A DNA stretch of 64,000 nucleotides. Origin: Gammaproteobacteria bacterium (lineage in GTDB: Bacteria; Pseudomonadota; Gammaproteobacteria; SZUA-229). Position numbers and translations under genes: made by a program. Positions 1 to 8,325 of the stretch are shown here, one piece after another. Location: the NCBI GenBank assembly GCA_029882215.1, contig JAOULC010000015.1, positions 1,399 through 65,398 on the forward strand. The letters are read 5' to 3'. The first letter of the stretch is position 1, and each line of letters opens with the position of its first letter. Under the pieces are notes generated by a model. The model saw only the letters and a list, made by a program, of their open reading frames with translations, did no database searches and was not told the DNA's origin.

Positions 1-72
1 ATTCTGCGGTCTTCGTTTTTCTTTAGTTTTAAAACAGGGTATTTGGCGTCACTCATTGAGATTAGGTTCCGG

Positions 73-921
73 TTAGTACTGAGGTGATGATTCGCGCGTC
101 AGCCGATGGCTTTTGCAATACTGCAGATAATAACAGAGCTTGAATCCATAAAGACATAAAACCCATGATAAATAGATCCACAACATGGTAAACAACAGTA
201 AACTAAACGATCCATAGATGGTTGTGTAAGTCTGATTGACCACAACGTAGTATACAAAACCATTTTTTGCCAGCGTCCATACCGCCGCAATAACAATGGC
301 AGAAAACATGGCCGGCACAGTGTCCACCTGCGTATTGGGCGAAAACTTATAAATACTATAAAACAGCAAAGATAACAGCACGTAGGACAATAAAGCATTA
401 AACCAGCTCAAGTGCGTAATGACGTTTAAATATACGGCCAGTTGTGATGAGACGAACAATGATGCACCTAAAACAAAAGGTGCCAGCACCATAACAGCAA
501 TAAACCCCACCATCGAGTGCGACAACTTGCGATTCGGAACTGAAAAAATTCGGTTAATAATGTCTGAGTAATTAGCAAAAAACAGTACAGAGGTAAATAC
601 TATATAGATCAGCCCCACCCAGCCCATATGCGATGAGTTTTCCAGAAACCCATCCAGATAAACAATGATTTGATGACTCTGCCCCGGTACAACAAACCCC
701 ATCATTACGCTTTTCATTTGCTCATAATAATCGGCAAATACCGGCATTTTGCTAAACACAGAAAACAGAATCCAGAACATTGGAATAATGGCAAACAATG
801 TATAAAAGCTAAGACTGGCCGCATAGTATGTCAGATCATCATCCAGCGGCCTGATCGTGCTAATAAACTTTGGCAATCGGCGAATATCGCTTTGTAATTC
901 CTGTAAAATTGGCTGCAGCAT
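73..921 (-). CDS. YihY/BrkB-family (ribonuclease BN-like) integral membrane protein
   Basis: 282-aa ORF with a multi-pass hydrophobic profile. The N-terminal block 'YYAASLSFYTLFAIIP' is typical of the YihY/virulence-factor BrkB family. Confidence 0.75.
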   Translation of the reverse strand: MLQPILQELQSDIRRLPKFISTIRPLDDDLTYYAASLSFYTLFAIIPMFWILFSVFSKMPVFADYYEQMKSVMMGFVVPGQSHQIIVYLDGFLENSSHMGWVGLIYIVFTSVLFFANYSDIINRIFSVPNRKLSHSMVGFIAVMVLAPFVLGASLFVSSQLAVYLNVITHLSWFNALLSYVLLSLLFYSIYKFSPNTQVDTVPAMFSAIVIAAVWTLAKNGFVYYVVVNQTYTTIYGSFSLLLFTMLWIYLSWVLCLYGFKLCYYLQYCKSHRLTRESSPQY

Positions 922-998
922 GCAATCTCACTCTCTGCTATATTTTCATTACAAGCAGAGCATAACACTCACCCTTAACCGCACCAACAGGCAATCCC

Positions 999-3053
999 AT
1001 GCACAACAACCGCCTTGGCAATGAAACCAGCCCCTATTTGTTACAGCATAAAGACAATCCGGTTGAATGGTACCCCTGGGGTAAAGAGGCACTTGAGATA
1101 GCCAGACAATCAAACAAGCCTATCTTACTATCAATCGGTTATTCCGCCTGTCACTGGTGCCATGTCATGGCGCATGAATCATTTGAAAACACTGAAACAG
1201 CCGCACTGATGAATGAGCTTTACATCAATATAAAGGTGGATCGCGAAGAAAGGCCGGACCTTGACAAAATTTACCAGACCTCTCACTCGCTGTTAACACA
1301 ACGCTCTGGTGGCTGGCCACTGACGATGTTTTTAACACCTGATGAACAGATGCCTTTTTTTGCCGGTACTTATTTCCCCGATGAGCCGCGTCATGGCATA
1401 CCGGCTTTTTCTGTGATTTTACAGCGTGTTGCCGATGCTTATAAAAATAATCAGGAAAGCATTCAACAACAAAATACTGCCATTAAAGACGTCTTTAACA
1501 AAATCAACGAACAGGATAACAACAATTCTGATTCCATTACCGCCATGCCTGTTGATATGGCAAAAAATCAGCTCAAAAAAAACTTTGACCCCCAGTACGG
1601 TGGTTTTGGAGCCGCTCCCAAGTTCCCTCATCCTGGCAACATTGAGTTTGCCTTTAAACAATGGTTTCATTCTGTGGAAAATCACAGCGAAGATTTTGAT
1701 ATGCTCAATACCGCCACTTTCACGCTGGAAAAAATGGCAGAAGGCGGCATCTTTGATCAGCTTGGCGGAGGTTTTTCTCGCTACTCGGTAGATAAACAGT
1801 GGCAAATCCCGCACTTTGAAAAAATGCTTTATGATAATGGGCCTCTATTAAGTGCTTATGCCCAAGCATATACCATCATTGAAATACCGCTATTTAAAGA
1901 TACCGCGATTGACACCGCGAACTGGGTCATGCGCGAGATGCAGTCTGTAAACGGTGGTTATTATTCAAGCCAGGACGCCGATTCAGAAAACATTGAAGGA
2001 AAGTATTATGTCTGGACAACCGATGAAATAAAGCAGCACATAGAACCTAAGCAGTACGGTGTTTTCGCCGAGTACTTTGGCCTCAATCTCGAAGCCAACT
2101 TTGAAGGCAAGCACTGGCACTTAATCAAGGCCTGCCATATTACTGCACTGGCTGAGAAGTACGACATCGAAGTGCATCAGCTAAAAGCCCAGCTCAATCA
2201 CAATCGCCAGCATTTGCTCAAAATCCGCGAAAAGAGAATAAGACCAGCTACCGATGACAAAATTCTGGCCTCATGGAACGGCCTGATGATAAAAGGTATG
2301 TCTCTGGCCGGCAGAGTATTTGACAAGCCAGAGCTAATCCAATCCGCGCAACAGGCGCTAAACTTCATTAAAGCACATCTCTGGAGTAAAGAAGGTCTCG
2401 CAGCGACTCATAAAGATGGCAAGACACAGCTTCGCGCTTATCTTGATGACTATGCTTTTCTGCTTGATGCTATCGTTGAGCTGTTACAGGCCGAGTGGAA
2501 TAACGACTATCTGGATTTTGCTAACCAGCTTGCTGAGACTTTATTAAAAGAATTTGAGGATACCAAACACGGTGGCTTCTACTTTACCGGCCACCATCAT
2601 GAGACACTGATACTGCGACAAAAAAATTATGCCGACGATGCTATACCCTCTGGTAACGGTATAGCAGCCATCGCTTTATTAAAACTTGGCTATCTTTTAT
2701 CTAACACACATTATCTGTCTGCCGCCGAGAATACTATAAAAGCAGCATTTAACACCATCACACAATCTCCGGTTGCGCACACAACACTGCTACAGGCTCT
2801 TGATATACATCTTAACAACGGCATGACCACGATTATTATTCGTGGCGATGAGACCACCGGTCAGCAGTGGCAGAGTGCATTAAACAAACTGTACAAGCCT
2901 CAGCTTCAGCACTTCTATTTAGCGGATAACATTCACTTACCGATTGAACTGGTTGGTAAAAAATCTCTAGAACAAACCTGTGCTTACTACTGTCAGGGCA
3001 GCAGTTGTTCGGCCCCCATCTTCTCCCTCGATGAGCTACTCAGCCATATATAG
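999..3053 (+). CDS. Thioredoxin-domain protein, DUF255/YyaL type (N-terminal Trx-like domain plus six-hairpin glycosidase-like domain)
   Basis: 684 aa. The N-terminus '[25 protein letters not shown]' and '[13 protein letters not shown]' (CxxC) are characteristic of the DUF255 family. ATG start. Confidence 0.85.
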   Translation: MHNNRLGNETSPYLLQHKDNPVEWYPWGKEALEIARQSNKPILLSIGYSACHWCHVMAHESFENTETAALMNELYINIKVDREERPDLDKIYQTSHSLLTQRSGGWPLTMFLTPDEQMPFFAGTYFPDEPRHGIPAFSVILQRVADAYKNNQESIQQQNTAIKDVFNKINEQDNNNSDSITAMPVDMAKNQLKKNFDPQYGGFGAAPKFPHPGNIEFAFKQWFHSVENHSEDFDMLNTATFTLEKMAEGGIFDQLGGGFSRYSVDKQWQIPHFEKMLYDNGPLLSAYAQAYTIIEIPLFKDTAIDTANWVMREMQSVNGGYYSSQDADSENIEGKYYVWTTDEIKQHIEPKQYGVFAEYFGLNLEANFEGKHWHLIKACHITALAEKYDIEVHQLKAQLNHNRQHLLKIREKRIRPATDDKILASWNGLMIKGMSLAGRVFDKPELIQSAQQALNFIKAHLWSKEGLAATHKDGKTQLRAYLDDYAFLLDAIVELLQAEWNNDYLDFANQLAETLLKEFEDTKHGGFYFTGHHHETLILRQKNYADDAIPSGNGIAAIALLKLGYLLSNTHYLSAAENTIKAAFNTITQSPVAHTTLLQALDIHLNNGMTTIIIRGDETTGQQWQSALNKLYKPQLQHFYLADNIHLPIELVGKKSLEQTCAYYCQGSSCSAPIFSLDELLSHI

Positions 3054-3419
3054 ATGAATACAATGAAAATAACACGCGAACAAACAAGCTGCTATACAAC
3101 AAAAGACGGTTCTAAAATCAGAGAGCTTTTACACCCTGATGCAACAGACATCAAAAATCAAAGCCTTGCCGAAGCCAGCGTAGGCAGTGGAGAAACTACC
3201 GCCGCGCATTTTCACTGCTACAGCGAAGAGATTTATTATATTTTAAAAGGCTCAGGGAAAATGTTTCTTGATAAAGAGGCCTTCACTGTCAATGCAGGCG
3301 ACAGTATTTTAATCAGACCGGGACAACAGCATTGTATTGAAAACACAGGCAAAGAAGAGCTTCGTTTTCTGTGCTGCTGCGCGCCTGCCTACCGGCATGA
3401 TGACACGTTCTTGATTTAA
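3054..3419 (+). CDS. Cupin-domain protein
   Basis: 121 aa with a cupin_2-like core ('HFHCYSEEIYYILKGSG...GDSILIRPGQQHCIEN'). The ATG directly abuts the stop of the upstream gene (TAGATG), suggesting co-transcription. Confidence 0.7.
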   Translation: MNTMKITREQTSCYTTKDGSKIRELLHPDATDIKNQSLAEASVGSGETTAAHFHCYSEEIYYILKGSGKMFLDKEAFTVNAGDSILIRPGQQHCIENTGKEELRFLCCCAPAYRHDDTFLI

Positions 3420-3424
3420 AGAGA

Positions 3425-4531
3425 CTATAAAGAGTCTTCCGGCTCAATATACTTATCTCTTATTGCAGTAATCTCACCAATACTGGACAAAAAATACCCG
3501 ACCAGCTCAGGATCAAAATGCCGACCGGACTGATCTTTTATATATTCAACCGCCTCTTCAACTGGCCAGGCTTTTTTATAAGGCCTTGCCGATGTCAGTG
3601 CATCAAAGACATCTGCCAGCGCCGATATTCTGCCCACCAGTGGTATTTCAGTCCCTTTCAGCCCATTGGGATAACCACTGCCATCCCATTTTTCATGATG
3701 TGAAAGGGCAATTTCCCTGGCCATTGTCATCATCGGAGAATCATCACCGGATAAAATATCTGCTCCAATCTGGGCATGTGTTTTCATGACATCCCACTCT
3801 TCTGCTTCAAACTTACCCGGTTTCAGCAGAATACTATCCGGGATACCAATTTTCCCAATATCATGCATCGGACTGGCATTTAACAAAAGATCCAGTGACT
3901 CATCACTCATTCCGGAAGCCCTGCCTAAAACGACAGAAATATAACTCATCCGAATGATGTGCAGACCGGTTTCATTATCCCGGTACTCTGCAGCACGGCC
4001 TAGCCGGCGTACAACCTGTAACCGGCTTTCATGTAGCTGATGGTGAGCGGCCTGTAATTCTTTTGTTCGCTCCTGAACAATTTCCTCAAGGTTCTGGTTC
4101 TGATCTCTTAACTGAATATGAGCCTGCCTGATTTCCAGCTGATTACGTACGCGTGCAAGCAGCTCGTTAATAACAAAAGGCTTGGTCACAAAATCTCGTG
4201 CGCCAATATCAAGTGCCTTCTGGCGGTATTCCTGTGCTTGCTGAGCTGTTAGCACCAGTATCGATGGCAAGTATTCGTCTTCTAACGCGAGCAATGCGGC
4301 AATCACTTCAAAGCCATCCATTACCGGCATATTCAAATCAATAAGGAAAAGATCAGCACCATTTTCTTTATAATAGTCAACGACACTGGTCGGATCACTA
4401 ATTAAGCTAACCTGTGTATAACCCCCTATATTGAGGACACGCTCCACAAGCTTAAGGTTGGGCGGCTCGTCATCAACGACAATAATATGCCCCGTTTTAA
4501 GATTCGTATTTATTGATGCTTCATTATCCAC
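3425..4531 (-). CDS. Two-component response regulator with HD-GYP output domain (RpfG-family c-di-GMP phosphodiesterase)
   Basis: 368 aa. It has an N-terminal REC domain ('IIVVDDEPPNL...DLFLIDLNMPVMDG'), then a coiled linker. The HD-GYP signatures 'MHDIGKIGIPD' and 'HHEKWDGSGYPNGL' follow. Confidence 0.9.
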   Translation of the reverse strand: MDNEASINTNLKTGHIIVVDDEPPNLKLVERVLNIGGYTQVSLISDPTSVVDYYKENGADLFLIDLNMPVMDGFEVIAALLALEDEYLPSILVLTAQQAQEYRQKALDIGARDFVTKPFVINELLARVRNQLEIRQAHIQLRDQNQNLEEIVQERTKELQAAHHQLHESRLQVVRRLGRAAEYRDNETGLHIIRMSYISVVLGRASGMSDESLDLLLNASPMHDIGKIGIPDSILLKPGKFEAEEWDVMKTHAQIGADILSGDDSPMMTMAREIALSHHEKWDGSGYPNGLKGTEIPLVGRISALADVFDALTSARPYKKAWPVEEAVEYIKDQSGRHFDPELVGYFLSSIGEITAIRDKYIEPEDSL

Positions 4532-4872
4532 AAAAAAACCTGATATTTGAATTCTATTAAATCACTAAGACTATAGATGGTCTATTGGAGTAATTCCAGA
4601 TTTATAGCTGTAAGTTTCAGATTACCTTGTCAACTTCTGCGACAATGCAGGGAAATCATAATGTAATATCATTTATAGTATGCTCAGCTTGCAGACCGAT
4701 CTAAATCTATTTCTTGTTCAAATGCCACACCTGTCTTTGATGGTATCTCAACACTCAGAACAATCACATCTGCTCATTAACCCGCCTGCCTGAGCGGGAA
4801 TCATTTGATCACTCTTTATAATCGATTCTGGCTACAACTACGCTCATCTAGATATCAGCAATCCATTTCAAT

Positions 4873-5649
4873 TCATCGTTGTTTAACTTTTTCCCACATT
4901 TCAATTAACTCATTTTCAGTTTTATCGCTGATACTTTCGTGCTCAGACAGGCACTGACTCTCAAGCTGACGAAAGCGGCCTTCAAATTTATTTGTTGCTT
5001 TACGCAATACATTTTCTGCATCCATATCTAAGTGTCTGACGAGATTAACAACTGAAAACAATAAATCCCCAAGCTCTTCTTCAAGGTTATCCCTGTCCTC
5101 ATTTTTTTCTGCCTGTCTGACTTCTGATAACTCTTCTTCGACTTTATCATATACCGGAGCTATTTCCTTCCAGTCAAAACCTACTTTCGCTGCTTTTGAT
5201 TGCATTTTTTGCGCGCACTTCAACGCCGGCAAGGCTTTACTTAAACCATCTAACACGCTCTTTTCAATCCCGGCTTTAGCTTGCCTTTCTTCCAGTTTAC
5301 TTTGTTCCCATGCTTTAGAAAAAGCAGCATCACTTTCATACACTGCATCAGCAAAAACATGCGGGTGTCGTCGTGTCATTTTTTCAACGATCGCCGTCAC
5401 CACATCAGAAAAGTCAAAGCTCCCCTGTTCTTCAGCCAGTCGCGCGTAAAACACAATCTGAAATAAAAGATCACCCAGCTCCAGTTTAAGTTCCTGCATA
5501 TCCTGGTTATCAATCGCCTCAGCCACCTCATATACTTCTTCAATCGTATAAGGGACGATAGAAGCAAATGTCTGCTTTAAGTCCCACGGACAACCTGTCC
5601 CCGGTGTTCTCAGTGCCGCCATCAGATCAGTCAGTTTTTTTATTTCCAA
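4873..5649 (-). CDS. mazG: Nucleoside triphosphate pyrophosphohydrolase MazG
   Basis: 258 aa, collinear with E. coli MazG from residue 1 ('LRTPGTGCPWDLKQTFASIVPYTIEEVYEVAEAI') and containing two MazG EExxE-type repeats. The start codon at 5649 is TTG; an ATG lies 9 codons downstream. Confidence 0.9.
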   Translation of the reverse strand: MEIKKLTDLMAALRTPGTGCPWDLKQTFASIVPYTIEEVYEVAEAIDNQDMQELKLELGDLLFQIVFYARLAEEQGSFDFSDVVTAIVEKMTRRHPHVFADAVYESDAAFSKAWEQSKLEERQAKAGIEKSVLDGLSKALPALKCAQKMQSKAAKVGFDWKEIAPVYDKVEEELSEVRQAEKNEDRDNLEEELGDLLFSVVNLVRHLDMDAENVLRKATNKFEGRFRQLESQCLSEHESISDKTENELIEMWEKVKQR

Positions 5650-5663
5650 TTTATTGTCCTCAT

Positions 5664-5693
5664 AAAAAAAGCGAACCCAATGGGTTCGCTTTT
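5664..5693 (-). terminator. Rho-independent terminator downstream of the 5717-6295 OMP gene
   Basis: Stem gcgaaccc/gggttcgc (5671-5678 / 5682-5689). On the minus strand it is followed by a run of 7 T (plus-strand A run 5664-5670). Confidence 0.6.
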
Positions 5694-5716
5694 AGGATTT
5701 CAAGCAAAGCTGTTTA

Positions 5717-6295
5717 TCAGAAGCTAAGGCGAACACCGACATGTGCTGTATTGTCGATTTCATATTCATTGTTAGCATCGTCATCAAAATTGACCCACTT
5801 ATAACCAACATAGGCTCTGGCACTTGGCGAGACTTCAAGCTCAAGCGCAAATCGAGATTCGAAGAAGTTACTGGTATCACCAAAGCTGGTAATAGCCGGA
5901 ACCGCATATGCTTCAACCAGTACAGCTACCGGTGTGGCTGATGGAAATACATAGCGTATTAAACCACCGATCCCCAGTCCGCCACCCTGAACATCTGCAA
6001 CTCCGCCGACATCTGCCAGAAAGATTTTGACACCCACGCCAAATTGTAAAGCACGCGCATCACCCGCACCGTTACCACTGACTAACAGCGAGCCTGTGAA
6101 CATTTTGTCTTCATTTTCATTAAACAGATAACCCCAGGCAACATCCGAGCCACCGTAACCAAAAGTAGATGACTTATACATATAAAGCATTTCAGCCGTC
6201 TCATTAGCCACCCGGAATTCTACTCCGGTCGCATTTGCCTGATAGCTAGCCACCAATAAAAATAAAGCCGATATATAACGAAGCATAAAACGCAT
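5717..6295 (-). CDS. Small outer-membrane beta-barrel protein (family not identified)
   Basis: 192 aa with signal peptide 'MRFMLRYISALFLLVASYQANA'. It shows an alternating beta-strand pattern, is rich in Gly and aromatic residues, and ends in a C-terminal '...GVRLSF' typical of OMPs. Confidence 0.65.
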   Translation of the reverse strand: MRFMLRYISALFLLVASYQANATGVEFRVANETAEMLYMYKSSTFGYGGSDVAWGYLFNENEDKMFTGSLLVSGNGAGDARALQFGVGVKIFLADVGGVADVQGGGLGIGGLIRYVFPSATPVAVLVEAYAVPAITSFGDTSNFFESRFALELEVSPSARAYVGYKWVNFDDDANNEYEIDNTAHVGVRLSF

Positions 6296-6403
6296 ATTTG
6301 ATTTCCCATAAAAAACGCCGAATTTGGGATTATTATAACCCAGATTTCGGCGTTTGAACTTCTGTAATTGGTTTCTGTGATTAATTACACAGTTTACTGT
6401 TTA

Positions 6404-7387
6404 CTACACAGTCTGATAGTACAGATTCTGTGGATGATTGGCCTGTGCAAAGAAGAACCAGCGCTCAAAAATCAGACCAATAAACTGAACGACAAAAGCA
6501 GCCACTAATAGCATAGTATCAGCAGTGCCTAGCCCAGCAATCAGTAAAATAACCGGTAGCGGGAATACCAGTACCAGGAAGATATATTTCACAGATTTTA
6601 TAAACGCAGCCGTTTTGCCGTGGAAGTACTCACGAGTATTGTAAGACCCGCCCTGCATACCCATGGATTTCTGCTGAATCTGGTTGTGACGAACACCAAT
6701 CGCTGTCTTCATTGAAGACTTATGTTTGATGCGTGAGTTGCGATATAAACTTGCCAGGCGCGTCACCAATACAACAACCGTCAGCACAACAGCCCAGATA
6801 GCAAAGAACTTGGTCAACTCAGGTGCATTATAAAAACTACTGAACCCGGCAGCACAGGTAAACCCTGAAGCCAGACCAAATAAGGCATAGTTAATCACAG
6901 TTAATGGTGTTGCCCATTCCTGTAAAAACTTAATGCATGCGTAAATCATACCGGTGCAGATAAACAGTATAAAGGCAGCAACCATTGCCAGACTTCCGGC
7001 AACAATCAGACTGTAACTGAAGTGGTTACCACTAGTATCACTGTAAATCACAGCATCTAGACCAAATAAGTGCATCACACCGTAGATGAAAATCATCAGC
7101 ATCATGAAAGGCAGTGCAATCACTTCACGTGACAACCACGAAGTTCGCCACTGACTTGCTGCGCGCCATGCACGCTCAGGATGCCCGAGGTGAAAAACAG
7201 ATGCAATCAGACCAGTCACTAAAAACACTAATGCCAGTACACTACCCATACCAAAGAAACTGGTATCAGACATTGAAGGCAATAAATTCAGTTCGCTATA
7301 AGCCTGAGCTGAAAATAACGCCAAAAACAAACCCTGACCGGTTCCGATCAAAGTTGTTAAAAATACTACTGAAAACGCAGGATGCAT
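6404..7387 (-). CDS. soeC: NrfD/PsrC-type polytopic membrane anchor subunit of the molybdoenzyme (SoeC-like)
   Basis: 327 aa with about 8-10 hydrophobic helices. It is the third gene after the catalytic and FeS subunits. The size fits my recollection of SoeC. Confidence 0.6.
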   Translation of the reverse strand: MHPAFSVVFLTTLIGTGQGLFLALFSAQAYSELNLLPSMSDTSFFGMGSVLALVFLVTGLIASVFHLGHPERAWRAASQWRTSWLSREVIALPFMMLMIFIYGVMHLFGLDAVIYSDTSGNHFSYSLIVAGSLAMVAAFILFICTGMIYACIKFLQEWATPLTVINYALFGLASGFTCAAGFSSFYNAPELTKFFAIWAVVLTVVVLVTRLASLYRNSRIKHKSSMKTAIGVRHNQIQQKSMGMQGGSYNTREYFHGKTAAFIKSVKYIFLVLVFPLPVILLIAGLGTADTMLLVAAFVVQFIGLIFERWFFFAQANHPQNLYYQTV

Positions 7388-7439
7388 AGCATTACTCCTG
7401 AGATTAAAAATTATGTTGAATCATTTATATTTAAATAAG

Positions 7440-7599
7440 CGACTCAACTACAAAAACCTAAATCACGTTCGATTGAAGTGAGAGATTTTGTTCGCTGGGT
7501 AGGCGTTGACTGATTTGGAAAGCAGAGTGTGCAACAGCACATGAGCATTTCAAAATCAAGCGACAACACCGCCAGCGGACAAAAGATCCGCCTCAAAGA
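7440..7599. repeat. Intergenic repeat-like element inside the soeB-soeC spacer
   Basis: The 212-bp noncoding gap (7388-7599) lies inside an otherwise tightly packed operon. It contains a short inverted repeat (gtgtgcaacagcacat) and a 'tcaaaatcaag' motif (revcomp cttgattttga), resembling the ttgattttga plus hairpin arrangement at 55561-55635. Confidence 0.35.
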
Positions 7600-8325
7600 T
7601 TACCAGCTGGTTGAGTCATCAAGAGTCGGTGCATCAACCGGATCCACTGAATGTTCTTTATTCAGAGGATTATCCGCACGCTGCAATTCATCTTCATGAT
7701 AATGCAGCTTGGTCTTACGACGCGGCAGATAATGGTTCGACGGATTCGTACCCCATTCAGGCATCAGCTGATAACCCGCGTTTTCGCGAATCGCAATCGA
7801 TACTTCTGACTCTGAATCATGAACATCACCAAACAGACGTGCGCTGGTCGGACATGACATAACACAGGCCGGTTTACGTTCATTTTCCGGTAACGACTCG
7901 TCATAAATACGATCAACACATAAAGTACATTTTTTCATGACTTTCTGATGTTCATCAAATTCACGTGCGCCGTAAGGACAAGCCCATGAACAATATTTAC
8001 AACCGATACATTTGTCGTAGTTAACTAAAACAATACCGTCTTCTTCACGCTTGTAGCTTGCGCCTGTCGGACAAACCGGAACACAAGGTGCATCTTCACA
8101 ATGCAGGCAGGACTTAGGAAAATGCAGGGTTTCCGTTTTCGGGAAAGTGCCAATTTCATAAGTCTGTACGCGGTTAAAGAAAGTACCTGTTGGGTCTTTA
8201 TCGTACGGATTGTCATCTGACATCGCACCGGCAGGACCCGACGTATTCCACTCTTTACAAGACGTTACACAAGCGTGGCAACCTACACAAACATTTAAAT
8301 CAATAACAAGGGCTAACTGTGTCAT
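7600..8325 (-). CDS. soeB: 4Fe-4S ferredoxin-type iron-sulfur subunit of the molybdoenzyme (SoeB-like)
   Basis: 241 aa with multiple CxxCxxCxxxC clusters ('CVGCHACVTSC', 'CLHCEDAPCVPVC', 'CIGCKYCSWAC', 'CTLCVDR'). Its start abuts the soeA stop (TAAATG). Confidence 0.7.
   Translation of the reverse strand: MTQLALVIDLNVCVGCHACVTSCKEWNTSGPAGAMSDDNPYDKDPTGTFFNRVQTYEIGTFPKTETLHFPKSCLHCEDAPCVPVCPTGASYKREEDGIVLVNYDKCIGCKYCSWACPYGAREFDEHQKVMKKCTLCVDRIYDESLPENERKPACVMSCPTSARLFGDVHDSESEVSIAIRENAGYQLMPEWGTNPSNHYLPRRKTKLHYHEDELQRADNPLNKEHSVDPVDAPTLDDSTSW

Noticed and set aside
3419-3425. Convergent cupin and HD-GYP genes whose stop codons are only 5 nt apart, with no terminator hairpin
   Set aside because: This is real but unremarkable. 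Convergent transcription overlap cannot be evaluated without transcript data.
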